Assembly (NCBI GenBank): GCA_030704615.1
Contig: CM060734.1
Coordinates: forward strand, 6,820,001-6,884,000
Origin: Takakia lepidozioides
Taxonomy: Eukaryota; Plantae; Bryophyta
Direction of reading: 5' to 3'
Length of the DNA: 64,000 nucleotides
Shown here: positions 50,392-62,389 of the stretch, one piece after another
Numbering within the stretch: the first letter of the stretch is position 1
Layout: every line of letters begins with the position of its first letter
Made by a program: the position numbers and the translations under genes
The notes under the pieces: model-generated
Database searches by the model: none
Seen by the model: the letters and a program-made list of their open reading frames with translations, nothing else
Told to the model about the DNA's origin: nothing

Positions 50392-52680
50392 ATGAAATAA
50401 ACCCTTCACTGTCAGCCCAAACAGGGTGCGGCAACGCACACTGTTTGAGCTGAGCACTTCAATGTTTCTGGTGCAAAATTTGGACTTCAGGGGCACCTAT
50501 CTCAGGATGAAATGAACAATGTGCTGCCAGCTCAAACAGTGTGCGGCAACGCACACTGTTTGAGCTGAACATTTCAATGTTTTGGGTGCAAAATTTGGTC
50601 TTGATGTCTGTTATGTGAGGGTGAAATGAAACCTTCACTGCCAGCTCAGACAGTGTGCGGCAACGCACACTGTTTGAGCTGAGCATTTCAATGTTTCTGG
50701 GTGGAAAATTTGACTCAGGGGCACCTATCTGAGGATGAAATGAACCCACACTGTCAGCTGAAACAGTGTGCGGCAACGCACATACTGTTTGAGCTGAACA
50801 CTTCAATGTTTCAGGGTGCAAAATTTGGACTTCAGGGGCACCAGTTTGAGGATGAAATGAACCCTTCAATGTCAGCCCAAACAGTGTGCGGCAACGCACA
50901 CTGTTTGAGCTGAACACTTCAATGTTTCAGGGTGCAAAATTTGGACTTCAGAGGCACCTCTCTCAGGATGAGAGATGAACCCTTCACTGTCAGCCCAAAC
51001 AGTGTGCGGCAACGCACACTGTTCGAGCTGACATTTCTATGTTTCTGGGTGCAAAATTTGGTCTTCAGGGGCACCTGTTTGAGGATGAAATGAACCTTTA
51101 CTGTCAGCCCAAACAGTGTGCGGCAACGCACACTGTTTGAGCTGAACATTTCAATGTTATAGGGTGCAAAATTTGGTCTTCAGAGGCACCTGTTTGCGGA
51201 TGAAATGAACCCTTCACTGTCAGCCCAAACAGTGTGCGGCAACGCACACTGTTTGAGCTGAGCATTTCAATGTTTTGGGTGCAAAATTTGGACTTCAGGG
51301 GCACCTGTGTGAGGGTGAAATGAACCCTTCACTGCCAGCTCAGACAGTGTGCGGCAACGCACACTGTTTGAGCTGAGCATTTCAATGTTTCTGGGTGCAA
51401 AATTTGGACTTCAGGGGCACCTGTGTGAGGGTGAAATGAACCCTTCACTGCCAGCTCAGACAGTGTGCGGCAACGCACACTGTTTGAGCTGAGCATTTCA
51501 ATGTTTCTGGGTGCAAAATTTGGACTTCAGGGGCACCTGTGTGAGGGTGAAATGAACCCTTCACTGCCAGCTCAGACAGTGTGCGGCAACGCACACTGTT
51601 TGAGCTGAGCATTTCAATGTTTCTGGGTGCAAAATTAGGACTTCAGGGGCACCTGTGTGAGTGTGAAATGAACCCTTCACTGCCAGCTCAGACAGTGTGC
51701 GGCAACGCACACTGTTTGAGCTGAGCATTTCAATGTTTCTGGGTGCAAAATTTGGACTTCAGGGGCACCTGTGTGAGGGTGAAATGAACCCTTCACTGCC
51801 AGCTCAGACAGTGTGCGGCAACGCACACTGTTTGAGCTGAACATTTCAATGTTCTAGGGTGCAAAATTTGGACTTCAGGGGCACGTCTCTGAGGATGAGA
51901 TCACCCTTCACTGTCAGCCCAAACAGTGTGCGGCAACGCACACTGTTTGAGCTAAGCACTTCAATGTTTCTTAATGCAAAATTTGGACTTCAGGGGCACC
52001 TATCTCAGGATGAAATGAACACTGTGCTGCCAGCTCAAACAGTGTGCGGCAACGCACACTGTTTGAGCTGAACATTTCCTTTTTTTAGGGTGCAAAATTT
52101 GGTCTTGATGTTTGTTATGTGAGGGTGAAATGAACCCTTCACTGCCAGCTCAGACAGTGTGCGGCAACGCACACTGTTTGAGCTGAACATTTCAATGTTT
52201 AAGGGTGCAAAATTTGGTCTTTGCTGTCTGTTATCTGAGGATGAAATGAACCCTTCAAAACCAGCTCAAACAGCGTGCGGCAACGCACACTGTTTGAGCA
52301 GGCCTTTTCAATGTTTTAGGGTTCAAAATTTGGTCTTGATGTCTGTTATGTTAGGGTGAAATGAACCCTTCACTGCCAGCTCAGACAGTGTGCGGCAACG
52401 CACTCGTTTGAGCTGAACACTTCAATGTTTCAGGCTGCAAAATGTGGACTTCAGGGGCACCCCTCTGAGGATGAGATGAATCCTTCACTGTCAGCCCAAA
52501 CAGTGTGCGGCAACGCACACTGTTTGAGCTGAGCATTTCAATGTTTCTGGGTGCAAAATTTGGACTTCAGGGGCACATTTCTGAGTATAAAATGAACCCT
52601 TCACTGTCAGCTCAAACAGTCTGCGGAACCGCACACTGTTTAGGCAGAACATATGAATATTGAAGGGCGTAACTTTCGGC
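50392..52680. repeat. 116-bp tandem array (about 20 visible units), each with an up-to-18-bp stem and GCAA loop
   Basis: CAGCTCAAACAGTGTGCG-GCAA-CGCACACTGTTTGAGCTG; cores at 51351, 51467, 51583, 51699, 51815 (116-bp steps). Confidence 0.95.
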
Positions 52681-52882
52681 CCTCATGGGCAGATATTTGA
52701 GCAGAACTTTTCAATGTTCTTTCCCTGTGAAAATCGGGAACATAGTGCAGGTCCGTGAGGATCAATGAACACTTACCTGGCAGCTCAAAGAACACTTACC
52801 TTTTTATCCCACTTTTTCATGCATCGGTCGACGTTTCATTCCTCTCTTATAAGAATTTGAGTGAACAACCTTGCAGGAGAAA

Positions 52883-55800
52883 ATGCAAAGTGTGGCGGAT
52901 GAGGTCCCTCAGGGTCAGGGGAAGGAGACCATAGTTGATGTTGACGATGAGTTTTATGAAAGCAAAGCCGCTGAGATGCTGGGGGGTCAAAAGGTGAACT
53001 CTCAGCTTGTGGTTCAAAGTATGCTTGCTCCTGGTGGGAGGTTGAAGATTCCCCTGTGTAGGTTGGTTTCCATGCCCGTCGTTCGTCCACCCCTTGTCAA
53101 AGACATTCTCAAGCTGGAGGCCGAGTTTGTTCATGGGTATTTGGATGGATCCGCAGTCTTTTACGTTTCTACTAGGGATTCTAGAGGTAACGAGCTCCTT
53201 TTGGATGAGTCAATCGTCGACTCCTGGGACCCCATTTGGAGACAGGTGAACGAATCCTTCGAACTTCTTCTCTCCAGGAAACCTTCCACCCAAGTATTCT
53301 CGGGGAAGATGTTTCACGTTTGGGATGGCAACCACCGGTTGCTTGCATGGATGGCTGTCATTGGGAGGCTGCACTCACAGGAGGAAGAGTGGCATTACTC
53401 TGTTCGATCGATGGTGCTTGATTGTGACGACAACATGATGGGTCTTCTGACGGCAATGAATGATGTGAACAGGTTGGTTTCTCATTGTACATGTTGCACT
53501 TCTGGTTCCGTTCTTCCTTGATTCAAGTCCTTGAATTACATTCTGAAATTCAGATATCATTCTGCAGAGGGACGGAGACATCGCATGTCAAAACGAGTCT
53601 GGTTCACACACTTATAGGATACAAAGGATCGGGCAGATGCCCTTGACCAACTTCAAGACCATCCTTTCGGCAGAGATGTATAAGAAATGCGAAAGCTCCA
53701 AGACTTCGGAAACATGGTACTCGTTGACCCGTGAGGCTTTCATGGAGTACATGTACACGGTGAGATACATCTTCCTTCATCTGGCCTTTCCATATTCCTG
53801 CTTCCACATGTTTGTTTCTGTCTGTCTCCCTTGACCTTGGATTGATGCAACTCTCTTGCATTCCCTTGCAGCAAGACATTGCAGATGCAGGGGAGCGTGG
53901 CAAACTGGAATACTACAGCTCTACCCCTGAGGAGAGAAGGACAGCAAAGGGGGTTGAAAGTCACATCCAGAAGGAGATGAACGCTACAAGAAGGACAATA
54001 ATGAGTGCTTTTGTGAAGCAGTTGAGAATGGCCGACCCCTCATTCGGGCCGCAGTTTCTCCTGGAGATAAAAAACCATTATAACAAGCCAGGCAAGCCGG
54101 AGATGGCCCAGGAGAAGTTGCACAGGTTGTCTACCGCCGTCGTGTCTTCTGAACAGAAGGTGAAGTGGCTACAGATATGGAACTCCGATCCCACAGTTAG
54201 GGATACCCACATGTTCCCAAGGCCAGAGAAGGAGAAGAAGACCCAGCGTGTCGTTCCTGTCAGTGACAATGTGCTGGACACCTGGCTTCACAAGGCCACT
54301 TACTGGAGCCAGGTGTGATGTCCTCTCGTATCTCACTTTCTTTTCTCTTTTCCTGTCCTTCTCTTCCCATTGCCTCTTACATTCGCTGTGACTGTTTTTG
54401 GGTTCATTCTTCCATTTCAATTGTTTTGCAGTTGGAAGAAAGGGCCCGATCGGTTCTGCATACTCAGCTGGCTGACTATGGCATCACTATGACAGCTCCG
54501 AAGGTCTCCTTCGAAGCATACATGAGGAAATGGAGAGCCACAGTGTGGCACTCTGGTTTCTTTAGAGAGTTCAGCAAGGAGGGTGGCATCAGTCGAACAA
54601 ATGAGCTTGACCAGCAGGAAAAAGGAGAGGAAGCCTGGAAACGATGCCTTTACAGGTGCACACCCTTGCACTCTTTGCTTGTGTTGTGGTTGCAATGTGT
54701 TGTGTGGCATACTGTTTAAGGGGGTCTTCCTGGTGTGTTGAAAAAGCTGGGACACAATATGTGCATTGGAAAATGAGGCTGTGTCTGTTCCTGCAGGTAC
54801 ATTAAGTTTGTTCTCTTGGAAGAGAATTGCTTGGACAAACATCCAGATTTCGTGGACCTTTGGCTTGTCCCTGCTGGCAACCAGACCATGTTCACTGCTG
54901 GGATCTTGCATGACTGGGGTCCAGACCATCTTTCTTCTTGTGGTTGGTATTTGGATTGCCCTCCTTCAGAGACCCCAGCTGTAGAGTTGTCTTTGAGGAG
55001 AGAGAATGACCGTATTGCAGCCACTGCCGTAGCAGCGGACCTCGACATTCATGAGCGTAATCTGAGGACTCTTGCAGAGAAGGAGCCTCCCGCTCAGGAT
55101 ACCCCGGGTAGAGGAAGAAAGGCAAAGGGAAAAGATGTTGCTGGTGTTGTGGGGAAGGGAAGGGGTAGAGGGAAGGTGGCACAAGGGCAGGGAAGTGTTG
55201 CAGCTATTGGCCCTGTGGAGCATGTCCAGCAGACTCCACCGCATGGTAGGGGATCCGGGAGAAAAAACAAGGGGTGGTTGATCCCAAGGACCCGTACCAT
55301 GCAGTGGAACATCCCACGAGGGTCATTCGTCCAACCAGGTTGGAAATTGCCAACGTCGGGTTCCTTGCAATGATGGAGTCGAAGAAATCTGATTACAAGG
55401 GCGAGCCATCACCAGTGTGGGAGAGGATTGTCGAGTTCCTCAGCACGGTGCGTGTTCTCTTTGGGTTCTGTGGCTTCTGCTCTCTTTGTCTGCTGTGGGC
55501 ATGGATCGTTTATAAACTTGTCAGAATTCCATTGTATTTTTGTTTGCAGGCTAAAATGACCAAATCGTGGGTGAACGGGAAGGAGAAGCCATATGCAGCG
55601 GAACTCATCATCTTGGACATCCTTGATGGGTTGGCAGTCCCGGATATCCCTCCATCGGGTGCTTGTCCGGGTTGGAATGCATTTGATGAGCGCTACTGGC
55701 GGTGGGTTTTTTCCTTTTGCAACTTCTTCCTTTCCGATGCAGGTGTTTTGGTTCTCATCCAGTCCATCGATGTTCGGTGTCGCCGTGCCCTTGCCAGCTA

Positions 55801-56994
55801 TTTGAAAGCCTCGGGCATGAGAGTCGTGAAGACATGGAATTGTGTGAACAGCATGTACCTTACGAAGGGGGATCGTCCGGGAGAGATGGTGAGTTTCCCT
55901 TCTTCTTCCTCTTCTTTTTTGTTCTGGGATTGTGTTGTATAGGTCGCTCCAACTCATATGTAGGGGCCCGATTTTATTTTGGTTCTTAGTTCCTTGTGGA
56001 TGTCATGTTCGCAGACTCGTCTGTTTGAAGCTGTTTGTCTCGTCCGGGTGCATCCACCAACGACTCCGGCCGGCATTACGGAGTTTGCCATCACTCACGG
56101 GGGCAAGTTCATAGATGACAGGACAAATCCTCCCACGGATGACATGCATCACAACTACGTCGACAGCAACGTGTGCTTGCGAAGGGGGAATGGGGTTCCT
56201 TGGAGAGGGGCGAGGGAGAGGAGCCCGGCTTTCATTCAAACGATTGTGGAGTGCTGCACCTACACAGACGCCAGAGTTCTGGATTTGTCGATGGGCACAG
56301 GTTCGTCTCTTCAACATTCACATTTCATGAGGTTTGATTGAGCTTGCACTTTCAGCACTTTCCACCGTTCCGAATGTGTCTTCAATGTCTGCTTACTTCA
56401 TTCTATTCCACTGCAGGTGCTTCGTACCACGCTTGCAAGGCCAGTGCGCGACATGTCTTTGGGATTGAAGGGGATGCTGAGATTTACAAGAACCTCCTGA
56501 TGGGTTTGGGTGGACACACTTCTCAGGTCCTTCCGAAGCCCCGTCCCGCTGATACTGGTACAGAGGAGACTTCTGACAAGGAGCTGGACTCCGACTTTGC
56601 CTGTGAGTAAGTTGAACCTGTGCATGCTTGCATTGTTGTTTCAATATCGAGAATCGCTGTTCTTGAGGCAAAGTGCACATGGGAGACATCCTCTTCGTTG
56701 GACTTGTGCATTGCATCATTGTGTTAAAAATGGGATTTTGTGGACATGTGTAGGAGTCCGCGTGCTTCCACTTGCCCTCCTGGGCTATCACACCTATTTG
56801 GACTTGTTTTCAGTCCTCCTCGGTCTTGTGTGCTACCTGTCTATGCGGAGGCACTCGCAGCAAGCATGTCCGTTCATGGCACTCAGAGTCCACCTTGCGA
56901 TGGCCTTCGTAGAACACGTGGTGTTGGGGCCAGAATCTTTGTAGATGACATAGCACAGGAGGTGGACATTGATTGTGATGACTGCGACACTTGA
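52883..56994 (+). pseudogene. Multi-exon gene: N-terminal ParB/Srx-like domain plus C-terminal beta-class amino (N6A/N4C) methyltransferase fold; two apparent frameshifts
   Basis: Predicted exons 52883-53472, 53568-53759, 53872-54312, 54432-54654, 54797-55447, 55550-55888, 56015-56299, 56417-56602, last exon uncertain. HVWDGNHRLLAW; ELIILDILDG; ERSPAFIQTIVECCT..ARVLDLSMGTGASYHACKASARHVFGIE. Frameshifts near 53611 and 55270. Confidence 0.75.
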
Positions 56995-57240
56995 TATGAA
57001 GTATTCTTTTGGTTTAATTCTGGGACAAATTTGAAATGGGATGGTTGTGTGTCCTTATTGTCCTCTTTGCAATGTGTGCATGGAATTCACATTCATGGTT
57101 CCAAACTATTGTTGGAGATGGGGGTTGCATGGACTGCCCGGATTGTTCCTTCAATATATTTGTTGTTTTGTGGACCTCACAGACTTGAGTACATTGCAAA
57201 AACAAACAAACCACTTTGTTCTCAATTCTCAATTCTCCCC

Positions 57241-57397
57241 ACATCAACCCGCGGAAATAGGTGACACCACTCGGAAATAGGTGACATCCGCGGAAATAGG
57301 CACTGTTTGCATGCTGACGTGGCGTGAGCCTGTGCTGGGCTCACGCTTTCCTGGGCTCACAGGCTCACGCCTCCAGGCTCACGGAATAGCACCCCCC
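57241..57397 (-). mobile_element. Transposon terminus closing the ParB-MTase-bearing element on the right
   Basis: Minus strand GGGGGGTGCTATTCCGTGAGC, several GTGAGCC and three CCTATTTCCG motifs; homologous to 17262-17415. Confidence 0.65.
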
Positions 57398-57850
57398 ATA
57401 ATTCTCAATCAGAATGGAAATGCGGTACCGCATTTCCGTTATGGAGAGTATGAATGTCTTTTAAGGACGGAAATGTGCTGCAGCATTTCTATCCCTCAGC
57501 TCCATGCATCAGATACAAAATGGAAATGCGGCGCCGCATTTCCGTTCTGGAATGTCGGAAAAGTGCGACTCGGACGGAAATGCGGTGCCGCATTTCTGTT
57601 CCCGTTGTTCATAATTCTCAATCAGAACGGAAATGCGGTACCGCATTTCCGTTCCATCTTCACATACCGTGCTTGCTGGATGGAAATGCGTTACCGCATT
57701 TCCGTTCTAGAGAGTATAAAAGTTTCCTCCGGACGGAAACTCGGTGCCGCATTTCCGTCGCTCTGGTGCATGACCAAGAAGCAAAACGGAAATGCGGCGC
57801 CGTATTTCCGTCCACCAGCAATCGAAAGAATCACTCGAGACGGGAAATCT
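57398..57850. repeat. Array of eight 24-bp palindromes at 53-bp period with variable spacers
   Basis: Consensus CGGAAATGCGGTACCGCATTTCCG starting at 57415, 57468, 57521, 57575, 57628, 57681, 57734, 57787. Confidence 0.92.
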
Positions 57851-58235
57851 GGAACCTGAATGGGTTGCATTGTTCCGAAACAACATTGCGGCCAGTCTTG
57901 ATGAGCACAACTTGGTTGTCTGACCGTTTTAACCAACAGTCCCGGCACTTGTCAATGCGAACGTTCCTGTCTGCACCGAGAATACTGCTGGATCCACCCT
58001 CAGGAGAAACTGTCTGGAAATGTTATTTCGTCGCCGGATCGGCCATCATTGTCATACTTACTGGCTATGGAATCAAACCTCCCACCTTCATGCATGTAGC
58101 TTGAAACAATACTTTCCACTTCAATGTGCGACTTCCAATCGTCGATGGACTCCGCAGATCCACTTAGATGGTGCCTGTGAGCCTTGGTCTGTCGCTATAC
58201 TGAACCTCGCACTTGCCAACTCCGTGCGGTGTTCG

Positions 58236-61083
58236 ATGGCTCCGAATTCCTACGCTATAGTTTGCTGTCCTCCGCAACTTGGGAGAGCCTGGATCCCAAA
58301 CGAGGGAGGACTTTGCAGAGTGACTGAAACTTACCTTTGTTCCAAATTCAAGCTCAAACCGGGCACAGTTTATTTGGAAGAAGAAAGGAAGGATGTTCCT
58401 GGACAGGTTGACGAGACCATTGTCGTGCTAGGTAACGACGGAGGTTGCGGAATCGAATGGCACGTTCCCCCGTCAGACACCATCCTGTACCGAGCTGTGG
58501 GAATGCCCATTCCCTTTCCGAATCAGTCGCTGCCCACACCATCCACAAAGGAGTCCGGAAACCGAGAGGCGGCCACTGCCAACAGAGAGGTATGCAACGA
58601 TAATCATTCCCGACCTGGACCGTCAAGACCCTCCATAGCTTCTCGTGTGGACGTATTCGACATTTCCGACGAGGAAGATGATTGCATTGAGGTACCCATG
58701 TCCTCCACACGGTCGTTCAAATCTGGCATGGACGTCTCTGTCGGTGCTACGAATGTGCCCTCGAGCATAACTCCAACCCGGTCCATTGTGCAGCTCCTAC
58801 GACAACATCACCTCGATGGTTCTCGCTCCGAGCTGGCTGCTCTCGACTATGCCAAATTTCCAGTCAGAAAGGTAACTTTTCTGCCTCCCGAAGTCGATGG
58901 CAATGTCATCTTCGAGTTTCCACCTGTTTCTTCGTCAAAGAAAGCCTCCGGGATGTTAACAGACATGGATCGAAAGCATGACGGACACCCCTGGTGTGTG
59001 ACGAAGACCAGTAGCACGAAAATTGCTGATGGTGTTCGTGTACGATATGTCCTCTGTGCGGGGAAGCTGAGGTGCCTCAATCCCACCTGCTTCCACTTTC
59101 TCTCCAAAGGAGGCGGAGAAACGAGACGGATTGGACTGGCACAACGCATCATCCATTCATTGTCTCCAGCCAAGCTCCTGCGGGTTCTTTCAAGTGTGCA
59201 CATTGCAAAGAACCACCGACGTGCATGTCCATGTGCAGAGCCAAGCAATATTACGTAATCCATTTGCTCCCGGACTTGACTAGAGCTTGCATACATGTTG
59301 GGGTCCACTGCCACCCCTTGGCGAGAGGCAACATGCGTGAGGCTGTGCAGGAAGCACACGACATCATAAAAGAGGAGGTGAAATTGAGCCCCGGAGCCAG
59401 ACCAAAGCAGATTCAGCTGAAGGCAGCCCACAAGATTGCTCTTGGCAAAATCATGTCTGAAGATGGTTCCGACCGAGAGCCCTTGACCGAAGACGAGATG
59501 CGTGACCTCTTGGAGTCCGTCTCGCACGTTTGTAGTCCGAATGTGCGGAATCACATCGTATCTTGCAAGCATGAGTTCGGCAGGGGGTCGGACATGTACT
59601 CAATCCTGGAGGTGAAACGAATGACTGGATATGACTACATCCAAGGTAGCAGGTTTCCAGGGCAAGGCAGCGAATCCGATCGTTGTTACATTTTCAAAAT
59701 GTCGACGTGTGGGCCTGGGAGTGGAGTCGACTTGGTCACTCGCATGACAACTGGAAACTTGTCGAATGCTTGGGTGATGTTTGATCACATCAAGCGAATT
59801 ACAAACCATCAGTGGGTGACTATGGGTGCGCATGTTTATGACTATCACTCCAAGAGGCTCATGACGATTGCAATCTGCGAGATGAAAGGGGAGGACACAC
59901 AGTCCGAAATGCATCTGTGGGAGGGCATAAACGAGCAGATGGCAAGGGCGGGATTGCCAGAGCCCAATTTCAGGGGATTCATGGCAGACAACGCTCAGGC
60001 CAACTGGGCAGCGGTGCGGCGTGTGTACGGTGAGGACCCCAATGTTCCAATGGAGGGGAAAGAGAGATCCTGTGGATTCCATTGGATGCAGAGTCTATCC
60101 CACTACACTACCAAATTTGTTGCTAGCTCATTCCAGGCTGAACACCGTGTCCTTTGTACGGCGTGGAAGGATGCACCCACATTTGATGACGCGGAGGTTA
60201 AGTTTGCTATCATCGAGGCTTGGTGGAACACGTCAGGTGCAGTGGAGACAACCAATCTGGGAGCATTGCACAGCTGGTTGGGGTGGTGGCATTTTCGGTA
60301 TCGACAGTTCGGACAGTACATGCGGGAGGTAGGCTGCTGTCAATTTCGTTCATTTGTCTTTCTGTTACGGACATTTCGATTGGTCCCTCACCATTGTTTA
60401 TGTCCTTCTAGGAGCGGTGCTTGGATTCCGACACGGACATGCCGAACACGAATATGGCAGAATCGGTCCACTCCTCCTGGCGAGCGTCTTCTGCCGCACA
60501 TCTGGTGGACGTAGTGACGGCCACAACGGAGGACATCGACAGAGCAATCATGCAGCAAGCCACGTACTACAAGTTCCTGAGCGACAAACAATGGGGCTTT
60601 GGGCCGGACAGGGAGGAATTGTTGGTACGAACAGCTTCGAGGTCCAAGAATCCAGTGAAATGGGCGACAGCATTGCGAGAGAAGATCAAAGGGACGCCTC
60701 TGCACCGAAGAGGTGAACACCTAGAGGGGGACGTCCGGACTCGCCCTATCAGGCGGAGGATTGAAGAGGAACCCGGGTGCGAAGAGGATTCCTGGAGATC
60801 CGACAGGAACATTCGGACAGCACCTCGAGGTCCCGTCATGTTGCCGCACAATGTGTCTTCCAGCAGTGGAAGCCCAAGAAATTCCAGATCGCCGTCGCCT
60901 TCAACCGGGGATTTCGTGCAAAAAATTCCCACCGTTCCCTTGCCCCAGATTCCGCCCGCTGTTATGCAGTATGGCCAAGCCATTGTGGAGACGACTGTGT
61001 CTGCATCACAGTGGAGAATTGCTCGCACAAAGCCGTCGTTTCGACAGTGTGTGTCATGCAAGGGAAGTTCAATCCATCACTGA
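58236..61083 (+). mobile_element. Mutator-like (MULE) DDE transposase with GCM/WRKY-type Zn finger; frameshift near 59110, intron 60329-60411
   Basis: CAGKLRCLNPTC..CAHC..C..HVGVHCHP; WVMFDH (D1), FMADNAQA (D2), CGFHW (CxxH), and after splicing PNTNMAESVH (E). 3' end may be truncated. Confidence 0.8.
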
Positions 61084-62389
61084 TTACAATGTGTGTGCCT
61101 ACATGGCAAGTCATAGGGGTTTTAATTTTTTTCCCCGACAAATAAACTTAATAAATACCCAGGCTACTACCCTTTTTTTTTCTTTTTTAAAAAAAAAAAA
61201 ACAGTGGAGAGTGGAGGGATAGTACGGGGGATGCCCGCCTATGGAATAGCAAAAAGGCCATGAATCAGGCCATCGGTACAGGACTGGGTTAAAAATTCCA
61301 GTTTTGGCATGGGCCTGGGGTAACTGTTTTGGCCTGGACCCCGGGACAGGACCAGTACCCCTGTCCAGTCCCGCCAAACCCCCTCAAATGGGATCGTCTG
61401 GGAACAAAAAAGAAGCATTTTCGGGCAGCTGCCCAGAAATGAACGGTCGAGATTTTATGTCCAAAGCGGACACGTGGTTGGACGTGATTTCATCTATTTC
61501 CTTCCTCGAGATGTTTCCATGGAAGCGTGTAGCTTTGCGAACTGCCAGTTTTCGGAGCACCGGAGACAAATTGAATGCAAGAATGTATCATAGCACCTTG
61601 ATTACTTCACTCTGTGGGTTCGAATGTCTTGCGTTTTGGTATGTTGTGTGCAGCCAAATGAAAGCACTCACAGGTGAGAAGTCAAATACCTTGATCACTT
61701 CACTCATCTCTGTCTCACATCCATCTCATTGTCTAGTTGGTGTACCGCAGGAAGCTCAAAGAAATTCACCCAGGAGCATATCCTCATATCAATCTGTTGT
61801 TTTGTGTCAAGTTGAATTAAGCTATTTGGACTCCATTAATGTTGGAACTGAAATGGTTTTCTACAAGCAATGCCAGTCACCATTGTATCTTTCCATTGTG
61901 TTAAGTTTCTTCATAAGAGGTCTTTTCCTCTGGAGGAAGTATATCATATTTTGGAGCTCTCAACGCTGATGTGCATTCCCTTGGATATCTTTGTAGATGC
62001 ATGTAGCATGCTTCCAACGTCATGCTGGTTCTCTTCTTAAACAGCACTTTGGCTTCTCTCCTTATGGAGGTAGTTATGAAGCGTGACTGTTTGACAATTT
62101 TGCACCGACTCATTGCTAGTTTTGCTCCTGCCTTACGTCTGCCACAGTACAGAACAGTTTGATGTGGAAGGGAACATATTAGGTGGGCCACATAGTTGTT
62201 TTCATATAACCTTGTCTACCTTTGTAGAATTCAACTTTATCAAGACCAACATGACTTATATTCCATGAGTCCCTAGTAATCATCCTAGCAATCTCACATA
62301 TGCCCACCTACGAGTCATTGTTGTTGAGAGACTAATGACAGCAATGCCTTACTTGTGAAGCTGTTTGTGGTTGGATTCTGGGTGGTCAG

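Noticed and set aside
49756-52359. ORFs over the N gap and within the 116-bp array
   Set aside because: Artefacts of N translation and repeat periodicity; unit length is not a multiple of 3.
57398-57850. True CRISPR array
   Set aside because: Eukaryotic context, no cas genes in the window, repeats degenerate throughout, and spacers related to each other (0 with 4, 1 with 6, 2 with 7), indicating tandem duplication rather than spacer acquisition.
52883-61083. ParB-MTase gene and MULE transposase as one proven element
   Set aside because: A transposon terminus at 57241-57397 lies between them, the left end is lost in the gap, and no right TIR was identified after 61083.
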